DNA from: Bugula neritina
Taxonomy: Eukaryota; Animalia; Bryozoa
DNA: 64,000 bases
Reading direction: 5' to 3'
Assembly: GCA_964035545.1 (NCBI GenBank)
Contig: OZ037773.1
Coordinates: 7,097,751 to 7,161,750, forward strand
Positions 42,099 through 55,172 of this stretch are shown here, in pieces. Position numbers and translations under genes: made by a program. Position 1 is the first letter of the stretch; each line of letters begins with the position of its first letter. Under the pieces are notes generated by a model, which was given only the letters and a program-made list of their open reading frames with translations, made no database searches and was not told the origin of the DNA.

Positions 42099-44849
42099 AA
42101 AACACAACTAGTTAGATCAATTAAAAGAGTTATTAAATCAACTACTTTTGGAAGCAGCTATAGTGTACTAATGGAGAAGAAAATAATAGCTCAGTTAGAA
42201 CTATAAAGTCATGGTGTTTATTATCAGTTAATTGTAATTGATTAACATCTGGCACTGATCTAACTCTGTTTAAAAGTAAAATAACCAGTTTAGGAAAAAA
42301 ACTGAGGAATATTGTACAGGTTTAAGTAAGAAAATTAAATGAAATAACTTATTAGTTATTGATGACTATGGCTTTAGCCATACAATGTAAAATTATCTTA
42401 CATGCCTGAACTAATTTTATTAATGTAATGGTTGTGTTTAAATTTAAGTTGCACAAGTTAATAAATTTCATCACTGTGCTAATTTAATTTCAGCCACATC
42501 TAGATCTGAAAGCCAAAGTTTTCAATTTGAATTCAATTCCATTCTAAACTGCACAAAAGCTACATAATTAGACTGATTACAAATATAGAAAAAATTTAAT
42601 CTGAAGCATTAAACTTTACTCCAGGTTAGCTTGTTTGCCTCCTCAATTTGTGATTTAATGATTTGAATATTGATGCTAATTTAATGCAAATGTAACCCAC
42701 AGATTTAAAATGTTTCAACTTTGAGTTAACACCTCCTTCACTTTGGAAAGCAAAAATGCACAGTGCTTAATTACATCTTTTAAAGTAATTGAATAAAATT
42801 CCTCCACTATTATGTTGTTTCTCATAACACCGTTTTTGTGACTGGATGGACAAGTTGTGATGCTGAATTCACACAGCCTTTAGATGGACACTTTGTAGTG
42901 TATTGACTCTGTGGCTGTCAAATTCTATCTTCAACTCTATGAAGAGTCAATTCTAGCATTTGGCAGAAATAAAACAGTACAGAAGGAAGGGTTGCATGAT
43001 CTAGGGAGTTTTTAGGTTCAATACCTAAGAAGTCTTTTGATTTAGTCTCTATGAAAGTTCTTAGGTCCAATTCTGAGAAAATTCTTAGGTTAACTAATGT
43101 CGATCCCTGTACACCTCACCAGGCTTTCCAGCTTGCATGGATGTGAGATCTTACGAGATCAATATGCCAAATGTATATGCTGTAGACATCCAACAGCATG
43201 ACTCTGAACATGACAGAAGAGCCTTATCACCCCCAGCCTACAGTGTCAACTGCATTCCAATTGTTTGTTTACTGGCTGTGTGCATTGTCAGCATTGCAAA
43301 ATAGTTTCATCTAGTTTTGATTGTAATTTATACCATAGATGGTGTATTAGCAACAAACAACCAGACTATATTCAACACAATTATTTTAAAACATATTGTA
43401 ACAGAACTTTTAAACAGGTCTAGCTTTATTGGGATTCCCCAGTGGCCCCATTAGCATAATGGTTAGCAAAAAGATCTGGTTGCTAATTGAATCCAGATGT
43501 GAGTAATTAATTGATGACTAAAGACAAATTAAGTATTGTGCATACTATTTACTAGTTGACATTATTTGAAGGAGTAAATTTTACCAAAGAAAATATATTT
43601 TCAATCCGTGTACTTGCATTTACACTAAAACATTGATTACAATTCATTAGTTATCATCCATTGAATAGGCAAATTTGCTAGCTGAGTGCATGCATGCATT
43701 TATTTTCTTTGGCTCATAAAAATAAACTATTTGGTCAGTCTGGTTAATTAAGTGGGTGCTTCATGGTGGCTTACCCTATGCAGGAAGATCAGAAAAACAG
43801 CACCATCACTTCTGTCACATCTAAAGCTCTGCCTTTTGGGCTGTTTTTCCTCTTTCTTGTTAGGTTTTTAAGTAAAATAGCATGCATGGATGGCAAACAC
43901 ATTCTTTCTTGCGTAGATTAGGTTTACCTGATAAAATACTTAATAAAACAAATTAAACTCAATAAATTGTAGCTAATCAGAAATAATTAGGAGTAATGCA
44001 ATTACTTCTAAAATTATACTAAACAAATATTATAAAATATATAATTAAACTGAACGCATTAGCATATTAAAAATAATAGAAAGCAATCAAGGTTGCTTTT
44101 CCAAAAGAATTTGTAAATAATGTACACATTTTGGGAATACATACATTCCCTCTTCTTAGAGATGCTTTCATGGAATAAGAAAGTTTAAATACTTAGAACT
44201 GCATGTTGGCCCACTTTCTATGGATCACGATGATTTCATGTTTCTGTGTTTCCCTGTAGATTTGGTAAATGAATATTCTGGTCACACTTGGTTGGTAACT
44301 TTTGAACAGGTGTGTTTTTTTGATAGCAAAGAATAAAAAAGTTTCAAAGTTTCAAAATGCATGTTGGCCCAATTTCTGTGGATGATAGATGTTCTTGTAG
44401 AAGCATAGCTTGCATTTCGCTTGTCTGTTGCTGGCCTTATAGAGATGCTTCTTGAAATGTCTTTTATTTTTCAAGATAAAAGAGTCTTTACTCTTTTGTA
44501 AACTGATCTTGAGTGTTTGTAAACTTTCTTTGGATTGTGAATATTCTTGTAGAAGCATAGCTTGCATTTTGTTTGTCTACTGCTGACCTTTTAGAGATGC
44601 TTCTGGAAATGTCTTTTCTCTTTCGAGGTAAAAGAGTATTTTCTCTAAAACTAAAAAACTAAAGTAAACACATAAACCATTTAAAATGTTGCTACTTGAA
44701 AACTTTTTAAAGAGCTTGCATGCATGGCAAACACATTCTTTCTTGCATAGATTAAACTTACCTGATAAAAATACTTAATAAGACAAACTAAACTCAATAA
44801 CTTGTGGCTAATTAGAAATAATTAAGAGAGATGTCATTACTTTACTTAA

Positions 44850-46424
44850 AAGATGCTTTACTCTTTTGTGAACTAATCTTGAGTGTTTGTAAACTTTCAA
44901 GATTTGGATTGTGAATATTCTTGTAGAAGCATAGCTTGCATTTCGCTTGTCTATTGCTGACCTTATAGAGATGCTTCTTGAAATGTCTTTTCTCTTCCGA
45001 GGTAAAAGAGCATTTTCTCTTTTGTGAACTGATCTTGAGTGTTTGTAAACTTTCTTTGGATTGTGAATATTCTTGTAGAAGCATAGCTTGCATTTCGCTT
45101 GTCTATTGCTGACGTCATAGAGATGCTTCTGGAAATGTCTTTTTCCTTTTGAGGTAAAAGAGCCTTTACTTCTTTGTAAACTTATCTTGAGTGTTTGTAA
45201 ACTTTCTTTGGATGGTGAATATTCTTGTAGAAGCATAGCTTGCATTTTGTTTGCTTATTGCTGACCTTATAGAGATGCTTCTTGAAATGTCTTTTATCTT
45301 CCGAGGTAAAAGAGTCTTTACTTTTTTGTAAACTGATCTTGAGTGTTTGTAAACTTTCTTTGGATTGTGAATATTCTTGTAGAAGCATAGCTTGCATTTT
45401 GCTTGCCTATTGCTGACCTTATAGAGATGCTTCTTGAAATGTCTTTTCTCTTCCGAGGTAAAAGAGTCTTTACTCTTTTGTAAACTGATCTTGAGTGTTT
45501 GTAAACTTTCTTTGGATTGTGAATATTCTTGTAGAAGCACAGCTTGATTTCGCTTGTCGGTTGCTGACGTCATAGAGATGCTTCTTGAAATGTCTTTTCT
45601 CTTCCGAGGTAAAAGAGTCTTTACTCTTTTGTAAACTGATCTTGAGTGTTTGTAAACTTTCTTTGGATTGTGAATATTCTTGTAGAAGCATAGCTTGCAT
45701 TTTGTTTGCTTATTGCTGACCTTACAGAGATGCTTCTTGAAATGTCTTTTATCTTTTAAGGTAAAAGAGCATTTTCTCTTTTGTGAACTGATCTTGAGTG
45801 TTTGTAAACTTTCTTTGGATTGTGAATATTCTTGTAGAAGCATAGCTTGCATTTCGCTTGTCTATTGTTGACGTCATAGAGATGCTTCTGGAAATTTCTT
45901 TTATCTTTGGAGGTAAAGAGCCTTTACTCCTTTGTAAACTGATCTTGAGTGTTTGTAAACTTTCTTTGGATTGTGAATATTCTTGTAGAAGCATAGCTTG
46001 CATTTCGCTTGTCTATTGCTGACGTCATAGAGATGCTTCTTGAAATGTCTTTTTCCTTTGGAGGTAAAAGAGCATTTTCTCTTTTGTGAACTGATCTTGA
46101 GTGTTTGTAAACTTTCTTTGGATGGTGAATATTCTTGTAGAAGCATAGCTTGCATTTCGTTTGCTTATTGCTGACCTTATAGAGATGCTTCTTGAAATGT
46201 CTTTTATCTTCCGAGGTAAAAGAGTCTTTACTCTTTTGTAAACTGATCTTGAGTGTTTGTAAACTTTCTTTGGATTGTGAATATTCTTGTACAAGCAAAG
46301 CTTGCATTTCGCCTGTCTATTGTGGGCCTTATAGAAATGCTTCTTGAATTTTTTGGGTCTTTTGAGGTAAAAGAGCATTGACGGCAGGTATATTCTTCCC
46401 TGTGTGGTTTATTCTTTTTTCGAT
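44850..46424 (-). repeat. 152-bp satellite (about 10 units) derived from a two-finger C2H2 exon
   Basis: Equivalent ORF starts recur at 45093, 45245, 45397, 45700, 45852, 46003, 46155, 46307. Translation ...CSFTSKDKRHFKKHLYK...KCKLCFYKNIHNPKKVYKHSRSVH. Further partial arrays at 44365-44645 and 47605-48050. Confidence 0.93.
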
Positions 46425-49373
46425 CTGCAAAGTTAATAAAAGAAAGATTAATTTGCAAGATTGTTTAAAAGAGATATAATAAACTATGATGCTAAACAAA
46501 ATACTTCAAAATAAGTGATGGAAAACAGTTTAAGGATCTCTCATAACTTAATAAAACCTCAGCCAATAAGTCATTAACATATATAGTTTAGAATCATTAC
46601 TTCTTTTCTTTATTACAGTAAAAATATTTTATGAGTTAACTATGATAGGTTTTTAATTTAAATATAATATTAGTTATTCAACCATCAATTTGTTCTAAGC
46701 ACGCAAAATGGTAGAGTATAGAAATATTCCATGGGTATGCAATGCATATACAAACACTGAAATTAATGAAAAGTATTCTTTTACTTGAAACTCATTGATC
46801 AAATTTTCTGTAGAACTCCTCTGCTAGTTCAGTGTAAAGGTCAGTATCCATGTCTGTCTGTTTGTCTGTCTGTTTGTCTCCTCTCAGGTAAAATAAACAT
46901 GCACTGGTTCTTGAAATGTCTTTTTTTCTGAGGTAAAAGAGCATTTTTTCTTTGAATGTAGAAGAGCATTAATGTCAGGTGTATTCTTACCTTCGCGTTT
47001 ATTCTTACTTCGCTCTGTAAAAGATTGCATGTGAGTGGTATAATAAACTATAATACAAAACAGAAAACTTCAAAATATGTGATAAAAAACATTTCAACAT
47101 TCTCAAATAATTTTAATACTTATTCCTGCTTAAAATAAAGCTTTGAAATAACAAAGCCAACCTCCACACATCTCCAATGCTGTGTTGATCCATGAATGTT
47201 ATCTTTTTTATGCCCGTAGCCTCTGTATATGAGGTTGACTCCTCGGCCCTTTTTGATGACTGTTGTTGGTTCCATGATAAAGTATTGATTACTAATAGAC
47301 TTTTATATTTTATAAAGCCTTTTATAGCTTTTTTTATAAACTAAAAAATTAAACTAAACACATAAAACATGTAAAATATTGCTACTTGAAATTTTTTTGA
47401 AATATCACGCGTGCATGGCAAACACATTCTTTCTTGCATAGATTAAGTTTACCTGATAAAAATACTTAATAAAACAAACTAAACTCAATAACTTGTAGCT
47501 AATTAGCAATAATTAAAAAAGATGTAATTACTTTTTCAAATTATACTGAATAAACATATAACATATAAGAAAAAAAAGTAAAAAAGTTTAAAAACTTAGA
47601 ACTGCATGTTGGCTCAATTTCTATGGATGATAGATATGCTTAGCTGGGATTTTGCTTGTCTATTGCTGACCTTATAGAGATGCTTCTTGAAATGTCTTTT
47701 ATCTTTCGAAGTAAAAGAGCATTTTCTCTTTTGTGAACTGATCTTGAGTGTTTGTAAACTTTCTTTGGATGGTGAATATTCTTGTAGAAGCATAGCTTGC
47801 ATTTCGCTTGTCTATTGCTGACGTCATAGAGATGCTTCTTGAAATGTCTTTTTCCTTTTGAGGTAAAAGAGCATTTTCTCTTTTGTGAACTGATCTTGAG
47901 TGTTTGTAAACTTTCTTTGGATGGTGAATATTCTTGTAGAAGCACAGCTTGCATTTCACTTGTCTATTGTCGACCTTATAGAGATGCTTCTTGAAATGTC
48001 TTTTCTCTTTGGCATAAAAGAACATTGACAACAGGTATATTTTTCTCTGTGAAAAAAAATAAAGAAGATCAATAGTTGAAAAATGCATAGAGGCCCAATT
48101 TCTTGGGATGATGACAACTTCATGCTTCTGTGTTTTTCTTTAGATGTAGTGGTTGGTTAAGTTGTTGACCAAATCTGTTGGTAACTTTCCTTCTTGCATG
48201 AAATAATAAAGGTTAAAAATTTAAAGTTCCATTTTAATGTATATAGATTTCTTTTATAATTCTTTTAAGTTTTTGAAATAAAAAAAGCATCAGTTGTTAT
48301 AGGTTTATTTTTGCATGTATTAATAGATATCAATTAATTAAAATACATGGTGGTACACTTTCTGGTTTAGCCTCACTTCAGCCTCTCAACTCAGTGCCCT
48401 AGTCTTAAGGAATATGTATGTATCTTTGCTGGTCTTCAAGTTAAACAGTGTGTCGTTGATCGCTTTCCTTAATGAAGAGTTATGTCCACATTGTAATGTA
48501 AAGCAGTCAGTTTCAACTCAGATATATCTTTGAAGCTTATTTGGAAATTATTGTTTTTCTTTTTTTCTAATATCTCATCTATTTTTCTGCTTACAGCTTC
48601 TTAGCACAGCTCATAACATTTTATTTTTGGCTCTGCAAAAGTTAGCAACATAACTATTTGCTTTCTAAGGTTGTGTTAAAAATAAGTAATAAAATAGAAC
48701 AATAAACTAAACATTTTTCCAATGATCTTTTTGATTGCTGTTTGCAATCATTGGCACCCAGTTTTTAAATAATAAATGTTTCCCTAAAAACATAATATTT
48801 GGTTCTTTTGGTGTAAACTCTTTCGAAATTATACCCAAAATGTTGTATGTTTTCAAGTGAACTATAGTATAGATGGAACATACAATAATTATACAATGTT
48901 AGTGAAACTTGGTATTTTTGAGAATCATTGTTTTGAGTGCAATGCGTTTGCTTGATTGATTGTTTTTTATAAAGATGAAGTAGTTTATTGATTCAAAGCT
49001 GTTGAATCTAATTCAATTTATCTCTAATTGAGTATTTGCAACTGTTAATCATTTACTATGATTAGTGACTGCTCACTCTGCATGACTTGTTCTTTTTAGT
49101 TTATTTATACTCTGAAAATAACTGATAAACAGCTCAAATAAAATAATGGTTTAATGACTTAGTTTTAATACAAAATTTTTATAAATATCAGACCTTTTTC
49201 ACTATAAAAAGCATTTTATGCCACAATATGTTCACAGACCTGTTGGCTAGATTAGATTTCAAGCTCATAAAAATTAAATCATGGTTTGATTGCCAAAGAG
49301 ATTATGTGCCTAGAAGCTCCACGGTTTCTCATCACAAGCTGGAGAATCAGCACCTGGGTACCTTTCACTTCCG

Positions 49374-49582
49374 TCACAACTGAAGCTCTCCTTTGTGAAC
49401 TGATCTTGAGTGTTTGTAAACTTTCTTTGGATTGTGAATATTCTTGTACAAGCACAGCTTGCATTTCGCTTGTCTACTGTGGGCCTTATAAAGATGCTTC
49501 TTGAAAGTTTTTTTGTCTTTTGAGGTAAAAGAGCATTGACGGCAGGTATATTCTTCTCTGTGTGGTTTATTCTTTTTTTGAT
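49374..49582 (-). CDS. Intact-looking exon encoding two C2H2 zinc fingers (likely source of the 152-bp satellite; may be pseudogenic)
   Basis: ctttgcag acceptor followed by QKKNKPHREEYTCRQCSFTSKDKKTFKKHLYKAHSRQAKCKLCLYKNIHNPKKVYKHSRSVHKGELQL* (C-x2-C-x12-H-x4-H and C-x2-C-x13-H-x4-H). Upstream exons not identified. Confidence 0.45.
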
Positions 49583-51335
49583 CTGCAAAGTTAGGAAAAG
49601 AAATATTAATTTGCAAGATTGCTCAAAAGTAGTATAATTAACTATAATACTAAACAGAATACTTCAAAATAAGTGATGGAAAGCAGTTTAAGGATCTCTC
49701 ATAACTTAATAAAACCTCAGCCAATAAGTCATTAACAGATATAGTTTAGAATCATTACTTCCTTCTCTTAATTACAGCTAAATTATCTCATGAGTGAACT
49801 ATGATAGGCTTTTAATTTAAATATAATATTAGTTATTCAATCATCAATTTGTTCTAAGCACGCAGAATGTTAAAGTATAGAAATCTTTCATGGGTATGCA
49901 ATGCATATACAAACACTGAAATTAATACAAAGTATTATTTTACTTGAAACTCGTTGATCAAATTTTCTGTAGAACTCCTCTGCTAGTTTAGCGTAAAGGT
50001 CAGTATCCATATCTGTCTAATTATCTGTCTGTTTGTCTCTTCTCAGGTAAAATAAACATGTACTGGTTATGTGCTGATTCCAGCAGCCTTAATATAGTTT
50101 AGAAAAGTAGCTAGCTGTTGTAGCCACAGGTTAGCCAGCATTAATTATATGTAATACAATGAGTCTGGATAAATCTAGCTGTGTGCATGGCTATATGAAA
50201 AGTCATTCTAGCTGTAACAGCCTTGACTGAAGTAAATTTGTTCCCCTCCCCAACCCTTCCTTAATTATGGTAACAGCAGATTTGGAAACTGCTGGACTAA
50301 TGTTTTCTTTTTCTCTCTACTATTCATCATTTTGGTCTAAACTTCATCTTTACAAGACATGCACTCTATAGTGTTGGTATTTTGGTCTTAAAAAGCTTCA
50401 TGGAAAACATCTCTCTTTTTGTTGAATAAGTTAGATTTTTTCCCAACACACTGGCTCTTTCTAGAATCTCAGAATTTAGAAATTTTTTCAGCAACTATAA
50501 ATACATCTTTTTGTTAAAAACTGTTTTTCAGATTCATTAGATTTGTAGCTTCTGTACCTAAAAAGCTATATTCACACTATAAAGGGTGAAATTCTATTAG
50601 CATTATGTTTTTTATAAATCAAGTAAACCCTATTATAATTGTATAACATGTTTTTCTTTTTTTTTTTGCAGATTTTCTGTGTGTTTTTGATAACTTTTGT
50701 TTCAAGGTCAGGCTATTTCACTCTACATAACAATATACTACAGAACTGTAGCTGAATGTCTCTTCTTTATATTGAATTCTACTCCTAAAGATCTCACATC
50801 TACATACCAACAATGTCTTTGTAGTACAGCTTCACCAGTTGCAGATTAAGTGAGTATTGGTTTCATTTAATTTAAATTTTGACACTTGTATAAACTTAAA
50901 CTATTTTAAGTCATAGAAACTATTATGCTTTAAGTTGTCTTCTCTTGAATAGCATTTTTAGTTCTCAGATAATAGAAATTAATTTAGCAGAAGTTATCAG
51001 CTCTTGCACCACATTGTTTACATGTTTGGTCAGTTTAAATTGCTTTAGTTACTAATAAAATTCAGGTTGTCTTCCCTATAGATAATTTGATTGCAGCACA
51101 ATGTTCCTTATTTGCAGAATTCTGTCAACTCTATTTATGACAAAAACATTCTAAATTCAAATTCACCAGATGATACATAAAGCAAACTAAACTAGCAGCT
51201 ACATTTTGAATAAAAACCAACTAATATCAACAATTGGCATAATATTCTCACTATGATTATTATCAGCAGCTATATTGTTAGAAATCCAATTTTATTTAGT
51301 GTTGTGAATAGTCTCAATCTTCTCTTGTAGCACTA

Positions 51336-51939
51336 TTATCGTGTATAGCAAATACACGCATAGCCTTCACAGTAGCCTGAGCCATAACCTCTGTGGCGAC
51401 AATGACTTCTACACAAATTTGGACGATCAGGGCATCCATGTGGTCTGGGCGGAGCTACACCTGTGAAGTATATTGAGTCAATATGGTTAATTTATTCTTA
51501 GTGGAAGAATTTGCAGCTGGTGATGAGATTCTGATAATTGTAAAACATCTGCTCACACGAGACTCGAACCAGAGACCTCCAACAAATATATCGGATCAAT
51601 ATGGTTAGTTTAATCACAGCATAAGAATTTAGTTATATACATTGAAACTGCAGCTGGTGATGTGAGTTGTAAAAAAGTTGCTCCCACCAGGACTCGAACC
51701 ACGGATCTCTAACAATGCACGTTGATGCTTGCTAACCATTACACTATGGGGGCGACTGGGAATTCCAACACTACAGCAATCAAACTGTAGTTTAGACAAT
51801 GGAATAATAGTTGTACTTTATCTGATTCTGCTCTTTTCTTACCTGACCAGGGCACACCATCCATTACAAAATCAGATGCAGCTAAGTTTAGAAGAAGAAA
51901 GATTAGAGCAGCAGAAATGATTAAGTGTGGGTTCTTCAT
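51336..51939 (-). CDS. CS-alpha-beta (invertebrate-type) defensin precursor, 73 aa
   Basis: Coding exons 51939-51843 and 51460-51336, phase-1 GT-AG intron. MKNPHLIISAALIFLLLNLAASDFVMDGVPWSGVAPPRPHGCPDRPNLCRSHCRHRGYGSGYCEGYACICYTR. Signal peptide plus C-x6-C-x3-C-x9-C-x4-C-x-C with HGCP start and GYC motif; AATAAA at 51296-51291. Confidence 0.92.
51545..51753 (-). mobile_element. Degenerate tRNA-like element plus a partial duplicate in the defensin intron
   Basis: Minus strand 51753-51679: GCCCCCATAGTGTAATGGTTAGC...GGTTCGAGTCCTGGTGGGAGCA followed by a T run. T and anticodon stems are mismatched; a second B-box copy lies near 51550-51580. Confidence 0.6.
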
Positions 51940-52809
51940 GCTAACTTCTGGAGAATATCAGCCTATAAAATAATATGTTACTTTGACATTTTCGGGTCAA
52001 ATATTCAAATGGTAACACTCGTTTTAATATTTCACTCCAGAAGTGGTACAGTTTTACTAAATGCAGAATTTTTTTGTTTATTAGATAATCAGAATTGACT
52101 TGTGTTGTATAGACTGCTAAAATACTTGCAATTTTTCAGTTTTCACAAAATCACTTTTGATATATATAGCTTTTATTCAACAATTTGTAAGTTTTGTTTT
52201 TATATATTGTCAATGCAAGATTTAAAAATTAAGCATCTCTATTTTTAAAACTTTTAATTTGTATTGACCCAATTACTAATGTTTAAACTTTAATTTTACT
52301 AAATCCTAAGGACAACTTCTGTGTTGAAAATTTTTAACTATGTTAAATTTTTCAATTTTAGGAATTAATTTTTTGTGCTGTTTTTACTTGGTTTTACTAA
52401 TATGAATATGGATTTTTTAAAATTACAAGTGTCAATGTCATACATTTATTTTAATCACAATAAATTTTGAAGTCAATGGAAAAAAAATTTGTTTTTAGTG
52501 TATTTGAAGTACATGAATATTGAGTCAAAATATTAGAATCGAAAGTGAAGTTGCACAAAAACAAAAAGAAAATCAATTGAAAATTTCCATTTAAATTATC
52601 AGCTTACATATACTGTTGGCACTAGCTACATAATGTATATCTTTTAAAAACTTGATATACTTGTTAAAGCTGTGTTTATTTAAATTGATTTTTTGCAATG
52701 TGAGTTACTATTTATATAAAAATCCTACAAATAATATACAATATACAGATAAAAATATAATATAATAAATACAAATAATATTTGCATACTGCTTTCTTTA
52801 CCTTATTAC

Positions 52810-52883
52810 CTTTGTCTGTCATCTGTTGAAGATTTCAGAGTTATGACTTGCTGTGGCAAGCAGAAGGTTACTCTGCTTTTATA
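52810..52883 (-). promoter_or_regulatory. Defensin TATA box and candidate 5'-UTR exon
   Basis: TATAAAAG at 52883-52876; AAG|GTAATA donor at 52810; ttttatag acceptor at 51962, 23 nt before the defensin ATG. Confidence 0.6.
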
Positions 52884-53571
52884 AACCTGAAGCCACATGC
52901 TTATAAATGGTACATGTTGTTCTATAGATCACTAAGCTTTGCGTTTTACGTGAAGAATTGTTATAAAAACGTGAATGACTAATGGAATTAATGCCAGTTT
53001 TGTCAAAATTGAAAATTATGCTAGAAAATATTTCTTTCTACTGTTTATCAGCTACAATAATGAGACATATTTCCCAGCGTGCATACATAACTTGTGTAAT
53101 ATTCATGAAGTTCTGAAGTAGCCAAACCACGTAACAATGAACAGGTCACGTTTACCTTACACTATAGCAAATTCACATATTCAAGCTTTGTCACATCTTG
53201 TTAATTCTAACTGGCAAATTTCCATGCACTTTATGCATATATTTGGTTCTCCACGTAGGTCAATTTTATGTGGTATTTAAAACATGATGAAGTATAGCAT
53301 GCCCAGTAAAGATGAAAATTGCTTTACTGAAACAGGAGCCTAATCATAATTTTATCTTGGGAGCATTTTCTAACCAGTGTCTGTTATAGCAATTAGTGTG
53401 AAACTATTGGTAGGTTATGTATGTTTATATAATACTATTTCTAATAATCTAAACAAACAAGCTATCAACAGAGAATTTTTCAGCAACACTGAAATGTAAA
53501 CTGAACAGCAATTGGCTACTAGTAAACCAGAATCCCCAAATAGAAGTCTTCTGTTAATAAAATAACAATAA

Positions 53572-53949
53572 AGGCTTGGCCTCACGCTCGTGGGAGTCAC
53601 ACGAAACTCATGTGACGATTTTCTTGAGTTATCCTCTCGTTATGATCAGCCACACACTCGTCGGACACATAGTAAATAGTTCGTGAATGAGTGTTGCACG
53701 TGATAAACAAACAGCAGAAGATTGCCAAACAGAGAAACATGGTAGAAATGAAACAATTACTGTTGCTAAAATTCCATTGACCCAATCAAATGGTGCTTAT
53801 CGTTAATTTCAATTTTTCATCCAACATCTTCGTTGGGTGCACCCAACAAAAACGATTTCGTTTTAATTCCTTCAAATTTGATCATACGTTTGTGTTTTCG
53901 TGTTAAATAGACGATTTCGTGTGACTCTCACAAGCGTGAGGCCAGGCCT
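53572..53949. mobile_element. PIF/Harbinger-type MITE
   Basis: TIR of about 35 bp (aggcttggcctcacgctcgtgggagtcacacgaaa / tttcgtgtgactctcacaagcgtgaggccaggcct) with a TAA duplication at 53569-53571 and 53950-53952. Confidence 0.85.
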
Positions 53950-54223
53950 TAAAGTAGTAGACTGTTGGGATATTTACTAATATACCAATACACATTCTGT
54001 TAATAATGTCACTCTTCAGAGTAATTAGGACAAATTGCTACTGCATGTGGCTGGTCAATGACCATTCTACAATACTTATCAGTAGCAACTTTGTTTAAAA
54101 GAGCTTCAAGTTCAAGTTTCATTTTGAACAGCTAATCTATTTATAATATTATTATAAATGTATTTAAGATCCTGTAAGCAAGTACCTGTAAGCAGATTAT
54201 GTATGGTACTTCCACCGCATTAC

Positions 54224-54390
54224 TGGAATATTTCTATAAGCAGCTCAGAGTTGGGGTGAATTAGTGCAGTAGTCTACAGTTTAGTCGAAGATAATTTGGA
54301 AATTAGAATCAACTTCAGCTCTAAACCCTAGAACTGCAAATTACTGCACTTACTCCTCCCCCAACTCTGAGTTGCTCTTAGAACTATCCA
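54224..54390. mobile_element. Palindromic (hairpin) MITE, copy 1
   Basis: ttctataagcagctcagagttgggg ... ccccaactctgagttgctcttagaa inverted arms; a related copy lies at about 57500-57662. Confidence 0.7.
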
Positions 54391-55172
54391 CAGCACTGCA
54401 CTAATTAGCCTGGGCTCAAACTAAAAAGTAGATGAAAGCTTGGTTAGTCATTACACGTTCCCCCAAGTATAATTGATGAGGTGGTAGAACTCCTATAGCT
54501 GTACTAAAAGAAAAGTGGTTACTAAACCACTTGGAAGACACTAGATTAGACTTGGAAGATATTCTTCCAAATAAATTTGACAGACTGCATTTCCTATTTA
54601 ATAACCTTTTGTCAGTTTGTTATCAGCGACTAGTTTATTGGCTACTAACAACTGGCCAACAGTGTAGGCTTAGAACAAAGCTATTCTCCTATTTTCACTA
54701 AAATCCAAACTTTCCCAAATCTTGTTTCTTCTTGTACCACCATGACTGGTTCGCTTCAGCATATCTATAAATTTCATATCTATTTATAACTCAAAAATTG
54801 TAAAAAAATTTCAACCTAAGTTGTGGCTGATACATTATACAATTATTTGTATTTGAAGTGGAAGGTCAAAGGTTATTCGCACAGGACATGCAACTTCTAA
54901 CAAGTGCGTTACCCTATTATGTAACCTTTTGTAGCTATTTTTAGTTTATAATACATTGGTACTTGTATATATAGTAACAGGGTAACAGTTATTCTAGCAG
55001 CTGCTGATGAGTGTTAGAAGTAGCATAGAATCTTGTCAATAACCTCGTATTCACCAGCTAACCTTGCCCAAAGCTGCCTATAAGACTACACGATGCCTGC
55101 TGTCAGGATTATGATGTCATCACCTCACTAGGTCTTGGAATTATCTGCTTAACTTATTGGTAGTCTGCATCA

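Larger units (their letters stand above)
34650..50070 (-). pseudogene. Decayed, internally duplicated C2H2 zinc-finger locus
   Basis: Zinc-finger-coding fragments lie on the minus strand and are broken by stops or frameshifts. Duplicated blocks: 46240-46910 with 49395-50068, and 43870-44050 with 44650-44845 and 47340-47545. Boundaries approximate. Confidence 0.6.

Noticed and set aside
44352-48088. Many overlapping MQAMLLQEYS ORFs
   Set aside because: Products of a 152-bp repeat cycling through frames, not separate genes.
53060-53375. NF-kB sites upstream of the defensin
   Set aside because: Only imperfect matches (for example GGAAATTTGCC); not distinguishable from background.
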